64,000 nucleotides of DNA from Flaccisagitta enflata (Eukaryota), in the NCBI GenBank assembly GCA_965153355.1, contig OZ231126.1, forward strand, positions 4,712,001-4,776,000. The letters run 5' to 3'. Under the pieces are notes generated by a model. The model did no database searches. It was not told the origin of the DNA and saw nothing but the letters and a program-made list of their open reading frames with translations. Below, piece by piece: positions 13,988-26,100 of this stretch (positions are counted from its first letter, which is position 1; each line of letters opens with the position of its first letter). Both the position numbers and the translations under genes were made by a program.

Positions 13988-14006
13988 TGGTATGGCAGCC
14001 GTGGGG
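13988..14006 (+). other. Primer-binding site of the outer element, tRNA-Leu-like
   Basis: TGGTATGGCAGCCGTGGGG immediately after the LTR; resembles the complement of a tRNA-Leu 3' end (TGGTGGCAGCGGTGGG) with a 2-nt insertion and a mismatch. Confidence 0.6.
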
Positions 14007-15574
14007 TAAATGTTTGTTCGAACTTGTCTCTGTTGTGCGTCTGTGTAATCCCGGGATCAGACCATTTCCAATTCTAGGTCAACCACGATGTGTTGTCTTT
14101 CCTAGTTTTTCTTTTCTTACCTTTTCTGCCCTCTAAAAATAATCATTTATTTTGCTTCAAGGATTTTGTGACTTTTGGTTTTAATGTTTTTCTTGTCTTT
14201 CGTGTTTTTCCTGTTAATCGACTGAGCTTGGTAAGTGTTTATGATTGGACATTGGAGTGCTTTGTGATGGTGTGGGTGATGTCTTGTTTGTCCGATTGGC
14301 ATGGTGTGTCGAACGAATGATGGATTGATTGTGTCGCTTTTACTATGTGTCTCGAGAATTTGATGCACATTTTTCATTTTTACAGTTTTGTGTTTTTTTC
14401 TAAAAAATTGATGGAATAGATTTTAATTTAGATTGCTTGGCTAATTCATAGGTTTTTTTGTTATACGTTTATTTTTTGGCAAATTGTTGATAATAATTTC
14501 TTGTCACATTAATTAGGTTAACTTTCATCTTTCCTCTGACTATGAGATGTCAAATTTTTTTGGTGGGAAAGCAGCTATATTTTCAAAGACTAAATGGATA
14601 CGGTTTGTGATTTAGCCAAAGATGGGTATTGATTTTCTTCAAAGTCTTTAGTCAGTTTTTGTTTTTAGACAGTGTTCTAGCCTTGATTCATATGTATAGT
14701 TACATTTTTTCAGTATTTTCATACATCTTAAAATGAGATATAGGTGACGTTTCTTTTTTGTGCATGATGGTACAGGCGTGTGTGTCTGTGGATTGGGAAT
14801 ATCTTGTTTGGTGTGTATTCATGGCTTTGACTTTTGGCTTACTGGACTTTTGCCCTCGCCTTTGTTACCATCTAAGAATATGTTCAATAATATGTTTCAA
14901 AATGTTTTCCTTGAGCCCTTTGCTTTCCGTTTTTACGCTGATTGCATTTCTATGGACCGTGTTCGCTGGTTCACCATGACCCCACAAAATTTTTGTGGTT
15001 TTCAAAGTTGTTTTTTTTTCTCAGACATATTTTTGTGGGGACATTATATAGATTTTTATCGTATTATTTTTTATATTTTTTACATTTGAATTTTTCTCTT
15101 TCTTGCTGAATTTTGTTTTTCATCTTTATTTTGTGTTTCATAGGGAAAGAAACTTTGGTTTTTCTTTTCTTGTCCCTGATTTGATCTTGAGATATTTTCT
15201 TGTTTTTTGTTTCAGTTATTTGCTTATATTTTCATATATTTGTCTTTTTGTTTTAGTTTTTTGTTAAGGGATTAAATTTGGTTCTTTATTTTTGTTCTTT
15301 TGTTGTTTTTTTTTTCATATGCATACATATAACAGGCCTAACTTGATTTTTGTTTGACCTTCATCTTTATATTCTGGTAAATATTTCTATGCCAATTCTT
15401 TTTATAAAACTACAAACTTTTATATATTGTGAATTATTATGAACTATTATGAATTATAGCTTGTATTATGATTGGCGCTTGCAGTTTACATATATAGCGA
15501 TGGCCACTGGTTCTTTCTTGCGCTTAGAATTACGTTAAATTCTGTGCCTAGAGGGAAGGGCAGGGTGACAGTAA

Positions 15575-15696
<122 letters not shown>

Positions 15697-15833
15697 AAGA
15701 GAGACAGACAGACAAACAGACAGACAGAGTATCAGACCGACAAACAGACAGACTTTTGAATGGGAGGAATAGGAATGAGTTTGACAGACTAACGGGATAT
15801 GAGCCTACGCGAGAATGTGAACGGGAAGAGAAT

Positions 15834-15928
<95 letters not shown>

Positions 15929-16021
15929 TTAGAGACAGATGGACCCCTACACAGACAGACGCGAGACTGCGAACGATCAAACAACAGACTGAAGGACGAA
16001 GAACAAGTGAACTTAGTGAAA

Positions 16022-16113
<92 letters not shown>

Positions 16114-18671
16114 TAAAGAGAGAGAGATAAAGAGAGAGAGATAGAGAGAGAGAGAGAGGCGAAGGTCAGACCCATGGTGGGATGGACAGAATGATAGACT
16201 GACAGACAGACAGATGGACAAGTGGATACAGAAATACAGATAGGCAAAAGAAATTTCAATTTGGACTGTTACGTCAGCATACATCAGAAAATATTTCAAA
16301 ATACAAAGTCTAATCTGAAGAGATTACGTTCTCCTTTTTGTAACATAAAGTCCATTTCCACGATTTCCCTGGCAAAAAGTTGACAAACAAGTGATGGAAC
16401 GAAAGGCAAAGTCGAACTTTTAGAGAATTGGTTACAGTTGGCCACGTTTTTGTCCTTGTAGTTCTTTTTGATTGTTCTAAAATAGTTTCATTAGCTTTTT
16501 GTAGGGCACTTATAGCTCCTTTTCTTCTCTTTGATATTTCACCTGTCTTTTACTATTCTTGTTATTTCCTGCTTGGATATCACGCTGAGCACTGACCATG
16601 CAAGGCTGACATTCTGGCTTTAAGGCGATCTTCCACTGTCAGCATTTGATTAAACTGAAGGCTCGGCAGTCGGGCTGTTGGAGCCCTCTTGAACCAAGAG
16701 GGTAGTCCTGAACGGTTTAGCTAAATATTGCCAGTGCAAACCCCCTGCGAGTGCGGGGATCGAGATAGCCATGCCCAGCAGTTGGGTATGCCCGGGGGAG
16801 GGCCATCTGCATCAGATAAACAGTCGTTGGTCACAGGGTTTATATGATGTACCAGTTTGATGGCCTGAAGGCTGATTGACCAAGAAGTACAGTTTGTAGA
16901 AACAAGGTTGAGTGACCTTATTTTAGTTTGTAGAGTTATAGTTTGAGTGAGGTGTGGAAAGTTTCCGCCCATAAAAAAGGAGAAATTCTGTATGCGGGAT
17001 ACAATTAGTCGATGTTGGGGGCCAACAGATCACACTACCAAATTGCAGTTGTGACAACAGGTCGGATTGGTTACTGACAGTGACGAGGACCTGGAGAGAA
17101 CACTAACAAATACACTTTTTATTTTAAAAGAGTTTTTTTTGAGGGACATGAGCATGAAATTTAAGGACAAAATGAGAGAATGCTCCAGGCTGAGATTCAG
17201 TTTTAGAAGTTTTAAGGAATTTTTTTTTCAAAAATCTATATGAGGTAATTGACATTTATACAATGCTTAGAAAGATTAGTAGTTTTTTTTAAATAGCCTC
17301 TTATATTTGAGTTACCATGTCAAATTAGGCAAGCCATTTATTATTTAGTAGCAACAAAAAGTTTTCAACTAGATATATTTGCAAAATATTACTAAATAAT
17401 GTGTTTATGTTTTTTGCATATTTAAAAAAAAAAAAAAAAAAGTGTTGGCAGTTGTTACCAAAGGTTGATTGGCGTTTATTCTTTTTATTTTTCTGCGCAT
17501 TTTTGACAACCACTCACTTATGGACAAATACTAAGATAAGCGCACACAGGCACAGATGTACGGACTATTGCTAGGGCTTGTCATTAACATGGGATCGAGA
17601 TTTTTAACATTGATCTTTGCTAATTTGTTTCATTCTCATTCATTTATTTGACATTGGCGTTTCTACTAAATTAATTATCGTAAATGATTGGACAGTCTTA
17701 AGACGTTTTTAATTGTTCGTCTTTGACAAGTGGAGACCAACTGCAAAACAAAGAAAGAAAATCCGTTCGCCTTTTCACCCCTTATCATCTCACTAATCAC
17801 TCGCGATAACATAGCATCATCCCAGCTTTTGACTAAAATTGTGCACAAACATGAACCGACTGAGAATTTTCTAAAAATTTGAGCATTTGATGATAATGAG
17901 TGTCATATGGGTGTTAATAACAGTTGTCGCCTTGAATTTGGTGCTCAGAATGGGGGCGTAGGTCCACTTTCTGATCTCCATTTTTGAAAATGGGGCGAGA
18001 AGAAAGGGAATGTGAAGTAAAGCAGAAAAAAAATGATATTTTTCAAAATGGAGATCAAAGATCTAAAGTCCATACTAGGTGACCTGAGATGCTGTGTGTC
18101 TAAAGATGGGACGGAGGTTCCAAATTTGGTCTCATAGACAACTCGGAGTTCATTGGAAGTGATTATGATATGAATGATAATGGATGAAGTCCAAAAGAAA
18201 AAAAAAGAACAATCAGAGCTGAAAATGTACATGTTGAAATAACCTTAAAGCCGTGACAACCAGTTTGGAATGAAGGTTCAAAATTTGGTAACATGGTACA
18301 ACTTAAGGCATTGTGTTGCTTGATTTAGGGTGGAGATCCTTTATTTGGCACACAATTAGACAGTAGAAGTAAATGAATTATAAGACGGTAGAAAGAAAGT
18401 ATGATGATGGTTTCTGTCGAAGTCTAAGCTTATCAATGCTCATTAAGAATTTGATCAACAAACATCACACAAGAAGCACCGCATATGATAGCACAAACAG
18501 CACTTTTTGGCACAAAACGCACTACACACAGCAAGCATTCACTAGGGTGAATGGAATGGAGAAATGCCAACATAACCAGCAAGAAGATGCGACATTTTTG
18601 TTTACTGTTAATTGTAAAAAGATCAGATTAAGAAATGTAACTTTATAGAAGGGAGGTAGAGTAATGGTATA

Positions 18672-19578
18672 TATATTCTCCCACGTGAATACTAGTTTCG
18701 ACTCTGGGTTAGCTTTGTTTGTAGAAATCTCTGACTGACTGACGATGGTAGACGCAAAGGAATTTGGGCGTAGATTGGAAAATGGCGTGACGATGGTCTC
18801 TTTGATGTGGTAAAAATTTCAACAATCTGAGATGGGGGAGAAAATAAAAGGGAAAATTGGGCATGAAAATATGGTCAACCAATGCATGAAAGTAACATGA
18901 GATCAGGATAGACATGGACAGAAACAGCCAATAACAACATGTACATCTTATGCAGAGGCCATGAAGCCAGATCCGTACACTGCCCCCGCCCTGCCCAGCC
19001 CATTAAATTCACCCATATCACCCAATAATCAGTTGACCGGACAGACGATAAAAACAGAACATAAAACGCCAAAAACAGACAATAAAACAATAAAAACCAT
19101 ACGACAAAAACAATGATAAAATACTAAAACGCTAAAATAATAAAACTTACTTTAGGCCCAATTTCCTTGGTTTCCAGCCAGCGTCGTGATCGTCAAATAA
19201 GTCAGGCGTCCGTACATAAGTCTCTGAAATAAAAGGATGAGAGACTTATGAAAGATGAGAAATTCCAAGGGCGCAAGACATGAAAATCACACAAAATATC
19301 AATCATTCCATTAAGAAGTGATGCCATAATAACGATATTTTTTCACGATACAAATGCGAAGCATAAAAAGCACGACGACGAAAAATGTAAAAGAAGAAAA
19401 TACATGATAACATGTATCTCTCAGCGAATAAAAGAACATCAAAATCTATGCGCAACCATATGGTTCATGGTTAAATTAAATGGAAACAAAAGGCATCGAA
19501 TTGGAAAAGAGAGAGAAAAAAGCATTCACGCGAAGAACATCATCATTCCCATACTTATAAATAGCACACATTTCCACA
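18672..19578 (-). repeat. BEL element 3' LTR (907 bp; lacks the terminal 8 nt seen at the 5' LTR)
   Basis: Direct repeat of 31150-32057; begins TGTGG on the minus strand immediately after the PPT; abuts TSD GTATA. Confidence 0.93.
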
Positions 19579-19593
19579 CTCTGCCCCATTTTT
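19579..19593 (-). other. Polypurine tract of the BEL element
   Basis: Minus strand AAAAATGGGGCAGAG directly precedes TGTGG of the 3' LTR. Confidence 0.8.
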
Positions 19594-20661
19594 GGAATTT
19601 CACAAATTTCAAAAATCCGACATCTAGTTTCTAGTCGCGGGAAACCATACTAAAAAACCCATCTGTCACGCTAAAAAAAATTTACAATGATCATCTACAG
19701 CCCTCGCCTCCCTCCCCCGCCTCCGCCTCTTACATCCCCACCCCTCTTGCAGAAGGAGACCGACGAGCGACATGGCGGCGAAAGATTCCCCCCCCCCGTC
19801 CGGCAAGGGGGAGGCGTCAACCAAGCGATGTGATCAATCCAGCACCCGAAGAGCGGAGACGAGACGGAGACGAGGAAGAAAAGGCACCCGTTCTGAGGAA
19901 AAATTAAAAGGGAAGGGGGGGGGGGAAAGGGGAACGGGCCTAGGAGCACCTCTAGACTGGGATTTGCCATCGAGGTGGAAAAGTATAAGTAGAGGGCATT
20001 GACTAAAATGTTATGATACGAATATCTTCGTAATTACACGCTAAAAAGACAATGTCAAATACAAACAAGAAAAAACATACATGTTCCAAAGAACAACAAA
20101 ACAAGCATAAAAATATAAATTACTACTATCCTATATTAAAACCGAATCTGAAAAATAAAAATTAGGTAAGATTCATGGGAACGACCACGTCACCTGCACC
20201 ATTTCCAAAAGGAAACATGCGGACCATATCGGAAGCTCCAACAGCTCGTCAAATCGTGGGTAAGAGACGAGAATGAAAGGCGCGAAATGGACACCGCGAA
20301 GTTGGGCAGATGGCGCCGTCGTCTGAGAAGATTTTTCTCCCCTCGCGGGGAGATGAAAGAGAAGAGAAATGGGGGTAGATGGATTAGTAAAGTTCTCATC
20401 ATATGCAGATTCAAACATAATAACGAAAAATTCACACACCATCTCTTCCATGAAACTTACGCGGGCGTTTTTTGCCAGGCCCCGGGGCGGATAAGAATCC
20501 CACGCCCCGGGTAGCGCCCCCGAACGTGCCGGCCTGTCCATCGAGGGATGAGCGTCGCGATGAAATGGTGACGACTCAGCGAAGTGGTGGCGCTCTCCAA
20601 GTCGCGTTACTTGACGGAAATTAAAAGGACGGTAACATTGGACGTGGCACCGGATGCAGCT

Positions 20662-22740
20662 TTATTGCGGCGGCTGCTGATGGTTTTGCTGCTGCTGCTG
20701 CTGGCGGCCTGGATTCCAAGGACGCCTCTTTTTCTTTGGCGCTGTCTTGGGAGCGTCTTTATCGCTTTGCGCAGTCGACGAGACGGGAGGCCGACTTTTA
20801 TTTTCTGCAGATGCAGCTGGCGATGAAGATGTCGTCACAGTCACAGGAGCTAGGATGGCGCGAGGATCTTGTTGGATGCAGACGACGTGTTTAACAGATG
20901 CTGCCGCCGACGCCGTCTGCTGAAATCCCGCCGCCTCCTTTGCCTTTGCATCCGCAACCTTTGTCGCTGTCTCCAACTGCTTCTCCAATTCCGTCACTCG
21001 CGTATCGCTCTTGACCTTCGCATCGAGCGCAATCATCGCTTGTCGTCTCGAATCGGCGATGTTTTTCTCAATTCGAGCCTTTTCCGCCATGTCTCATAGC
21101 TGACGAGCACATTCAACACGCTGAGCGTTGCTGAATGATTGGTAGTAAGTCGGCGGTAGGGACGACGCAAGTCTTTGCAACTGTCGTTTAGAGGCATTCG
21201 ACGGTGTTGTTGCACATAGGCGTAGCAGATGCTCTTCGATGCGATGTCCAGTATCGATGTCAAGAACCGTCGACGAAGGAGTTGGCGAATCCTTCCCCTG
21301 TTGCTGAGGCGCTGTCGGTCCCTTAGCTTGCTGTTTAGGCGCTGTAGAACCAGATGCACCCGCTGGAGGCTGAATGTCGCCTTTTGAATTCCCTTGCGCT
21401 GCTGCTGCTCCCGGCCGCTGTTTAAGCTCCTTTGCCTTCTTTGACGCGGACGCCGCTGAAGACGCAGTTGCTCCCCCGCTACCCGGAGCGATTGCCGCTG
21501 CGCTGGGAACCTCCTGCTGTTGAGGAGGAAGTTGTTGCTTCTTTTTGATGTTATTGTTTTTGCCTTTGCCTTTGCTTTTGTTATTGGCCGTGGCATGAAG
21601 CTGTTGTTGCTGCAGCTGCTGCTGTTGTTGTTGCCGTTGCTGCTTTTGATGTTGTTGTTGCTGCTTCGGCTGCTGTTGTTGCTGCTGCTGCTGCTGAGGA
21701 TGCGCTGGATCGATTGCCGGCGCCCTCTTCTCCTGTCGACGCCTTTTGGGATTGGGAGTTTCATCACGAGGATCCGGCCGCTGCTGATTTGGGGGATGAA
21801 CCAATGCCGGACGCGTTTGACGATCTGATGCTGCATTGGTGGAAGATATCGCCGGTGAGTTTGCGGCTGCAGCATGAGATGTTGGAGTCAAATTCTTCCT
21901 CGACGCTTGGACCACACGCCGAGCCTCTTTGAAATTCTCCCTTTTCTTTTTCTGCCTTCCTTGTCTGCGATCCAAGGTTTCAAAACCTAACTCACATTGT
22001 GTAGCCGATGATCGCAGTTCCTTCTCTGAATTGCAGCAAATGTTTAGTTTTGAGAAGGTCTTAAAGATCAACGACTCTGACTCATCTGCTGGGTCATTGC
22101 GATGGTAAAACCAGCGTGCTTGCTTCCGCTGGATTCTGACCTCAGGAGAGTCTTTGTCCACTTCCGGGTCAATGGGCGCCTCCTCCTTTTCCTCTGCCAC
22201 CACCACCACATCCATCCCCTCCTCCTCTTCTGCCGCCTCCTCCCCATCAACCTGAGAGTCATGATCTTTGCTTCCGCTGCGATGGCCTGCAGCTTTTAAT
22301 CGTTCCTGGAGAAGGGTTCTCGCCTTCGGAGAAGCCGGTCCCCCAAAACCAGGGGTGAAAATGCGACGTGGAAGCGTTTTTGGAAGGACGGACGATCCCG
22401 TCGACGAGTTGGCGATGGAGACGTCGTCGACGGGCCGCTGCAACTTCACTCTGCGTTGACTTCCTCCCGAGATGGCAATGGTGAGGGGAGGGAGAGCGGA
22501 AGTAGAAGCGTGGTCGGCCGGCTGTTGGAGATTTGCCGACTCATCGTCCATGGTGAGGTTGAGATCGCCGCTGAAGGCCGCTGTCGTAGCCGCCTCCACC
22601 TCATCCTCAAGCAACGTGACGGAATCCGTCTCGATGTCTTCATTCCGCACTGGCGACGCCATCAAACGGTCGAGATCGAAAGATCCGGCCGCCGTCGACG
22701 CGTCCATTTCGGCCTGAAGACGCTGCGCGCGCGATGGCAT
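20662..22740 (-). CDS. Extra ORF3 of the BEL element, ~692 codons with one internal in-frame TGA (21096-21094); Gln-rich, basic NLS-like motifs, coiled coil; not Env-like
   Basis: ORFs 21094..22740 and 20662..21090 share a frame (CTA TGA GAC ATG); lies between pol and the PPT; no signal peptide or hydrophobic TM run; RQKKKR, PKRRR and PKKKRR motifs. Confidence 0.75.
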
Positions 22741-23101
22741 CTTGACTCCGACGAATCGACTTCAAGATGCAGACTGACGTGATGATGGAGTTCGACGTCA
22801 GCGGAAGCTTTGAATCACGTTAGAACGAATTGACTGTGTTTGGACGAAAGCATAGAAAATAGCATGATATCTACATATATACAAAGCATTGAACCAATGT
22901 TTAATTTACATGAAAATGAACATCACAAAGTGCCAATATGAGGAAAGAGTTGAATGCATGGATGAATAGAACCAAATATGAAGACGTACATCTCTTTATG
23001 TCAGTTATGAGCAAACAGAGCAACAATCATTCACATCTATAGTTACTAATGGACAGGCCCATGCGCCTAAATCTCTCTCTCTCAAAACTTAGCGTTTTTT
23101 T

Positions 23102-26100
23102 TTATGAGTCCATCTCCAGCCGCACGATCTTCGTGCGATCCCTCGTAACAATTCTTCCGTCAGCGCGTCGCACATGCGCCCGCCGGACATGGGGCGATGT
23201 GCCTTCAACGTCGACGACCCTCCCTAGGCTCCAATCGTGTCTGGGCACAGCCTCGTCGACGATGACTACGAGATCATCAACCGCCAGGTTCCTCTCGGAT
23301 TTTGTCCATTTACTCCGCGCATGAAGAAGATTCAAGTATTCGGAACGCCATTTCTTCCAAAAGGCATCCACTTGCGATTGGGCGCGCTTCCATTGGACAC
23401 GTGTGGACTCCGCGTCGAAGTTGACGCCGTGCTGCAACAGATCCACAGGAGCGCTTCCGGAAGTGGATGGCGATAGGATATGATTTGGCGTCAGCGCCGA
23501 CGGATCACTTGGATCATCGCTCAGCGCTGTGAGGGGGCGACGGTTGAGAATACCTTCCACCGCGATGACCGCAGTGTGGAAGGTGTCGACGTGCAGCGTG
23601 GCGCCAGATGATATGGATGCAAGATGGCGCTTAAACATCGCCACAACTCGCTCCCAAACACCACCGTAGTGCGGTGTTTGGGCGGTGATAAAATCCCATT
23701 GGAGGCCTCGTCGTTGCAATTCAAGAGTTGACGAACGATTCCACTCTTCCATCTCCTTCTTGAGGATGTTGTTGGCGCCTATCAGGTTGGTTCCTCGATC
23801 AGATGTAAATCGTCTAATGCCTGGGCGCCTGGCTGCAAAGCGAATGATGGCGTTGATCATGGAATCAGCGGACATGTTGTAGAGCAGTTCCACATGAACG
23901 GCGCGGGAGACAAAGCAAGTGAAGACTGCCACCCACACCTTATGATCTGCTCTGCCATTCATTTTCACATTGAAGTGACCCATTACATCCAATCCCGTCT
24001 CCGCGAAGACAGGTGCAGGGTTTACTCGATTGGATGGTAATGGCGCCATCTGCTGATCCGCGTGCCTTTTAAAGTTCCTCTGGCATCTAAAGCACGAATG
24101 AACGACGCTTTTAACGGCCTGAAGACCTCTAGTGATCCACGCGAATTGACGCAGTTGACATAGAGTATGCTTTGCGCCAGCATGGAAGTCATTATGATGA
24201 ACATGGCGAATTAATGACTTCACATTATCGTCTTTTGGTGGAAGAATGAAGGGAAATTTGATGTCGTCTGAGATGTCGGCATTCACCAATCGGCTGCCGA
24301 CTCGAAGGATGTCATCATCGTCGACGAAAGGGTTGAGCATCCGCATCTGCTTGTTTTTGACGATGAACTCATGACGACTGTTTGGTGCATTCACCTTTCC
24401 CGCCTCCAATTGAGCTATCACCTCTCCATAATTCTGCCGCTGCACAGCCTTGACGAGCTGCTTCTGCGCTTCCTCCAGATGGACTTGCGTCACTTCCGGT
24501 TTAGGGAGGAGATCCTTTGTCGCTCTCGTTTTTGCTTTTGGGAATAATCGCCATCGCCGGACTGCAATGAAGAGCATGGCGATGACGCGGAGTTTATGCG
24601 TCCATTTTCCCCGAGATGCGGCTGCACGCAGCACCGCGTCGAATTCTTCACTCTTATCCTCGACAGCAGCGTATAGCGCCGCCACGTGGACAGAGACAGG
24701 GTACGTCGCGATGTTTGTTTGCGGCCATTGATCCTCAGGGAGACGCAAGAAGTCCGGCCCGTTGTGGAATTGACGCCACTTCTCCGCCTCGTGAGATTCG
24801 ATTCCACGAGAGCAGTGGTCGGCGGGGTTGTTGGCGGAATCAACCCACCGCCACTGCTCTGGAGTTGATCCTGCGTGGATTTTTGAGAGACGATTGGCGA
24901 AGAAGACGGGTCTTGGGCGTGATGGGTTGTATATCATCTTCAAAGCGGCCTCTGAATCTGACCATAGTCTAATGTTTTTCTCCTGCAGATTCAAAGTCTT
25001 GTTGACGAACCGCTTGAGCGGAATCGCCTTTTCCGCGGAGACGATTTCCACACGAGGAACGCTGTTGTGATGAGATGCTCTCTTTGGATTGAGAGGAACC
25101 ACGTGTGATTTTGACCCCAATATTGTCACATAGACCGAGCCGTCGGAGTTGACTTGGCGACGATATGCAACAGCACCAAATCCACCTTTCGGCGCTGCGT
25201 CGCAGAAGATCTCGATGGTGACGGAAATGACGTCGACGTTGTCAACATCACCATTCCACCACCTTTTGACCCGGTATTGCGAAAGAAGAGGCCAAGACGA
25301 AGTGTATCTGAAGAAAGACTCTTCCAACGCCTCGTCGAGAGAAGAATCCCATCCTGTTTGTTGTGGACGACAGAGTTGGAGATGACGTCGTCCTATGTAT
25401 TGGCTTGGACTCCAAAAACCAAGTGGATCGTAAAGTTTGGCTTGCATGGAGACCAATTGACGTGGTGTTTTCGCCCTCATTGTTTTAAATTCGTCATCGC
25501 AGATGAAGACAAAGGCGTCTTCAGATGGAAGCCACGAGACTCCCAACACTTTCGTCGGCTTGTCGTCGTGGTCTTGTTTATCCGCGATGGGAATAGCGAC
25601 GTTTGGATTTCCTTCCATAAGCTGATGATGATTACTTTTCCACTTCACCAAGTGGAATCCTCCATCACCCATTGCCGACTTCACTCCCACCTTCAAGTCC
25701 AGCGCCTCGTCAACTGTATCACCACCTCCACTTCCGTCGTCGACGTAAAAACCATGACGGATAAAGTCGTAAACGTTGGGAGGGTAATATGGACGAATGA
25801 CGTTGGCGTGGTGTCTGACGGTGAAGCCAGTGACAAACGAGCTGGAGAGGCTTCCAAAGACGTGGGAAAGAAATAGATTCAATATGGCGAGGCGGAGGCT
25901 TCTATCCTTGAACCAAAAGAATCTGAAGAGATCCGCATCATCAGGGTGGACTCTTATTTGGTGGAAGAACGCCTTTATGTCACACATAAAGGCGATCTTC
26001 CACTGTCGAAAGCGCATCAGGATGTCCATTAAGCTGTTCATCAAGTTTGGTCCACCTACCAACAGATCGTTTAAACATACTCCGTCGGTGGCGGCACGCG

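Noticed and set aside
20662-22740. ORF3 as an envelope glycoprotein
   Set aside because: No signal peptide, TM anchor or Cys-rich ectodomain.
20531-23059. 11-bp inverted repeat GGCCTGTCCAT/ATGGACAGGCC flanking ORF3, suggesting a captured DNA transposon
   Set aside because: No TSD, no extension of the repeat and no transposase; compatible with chance.
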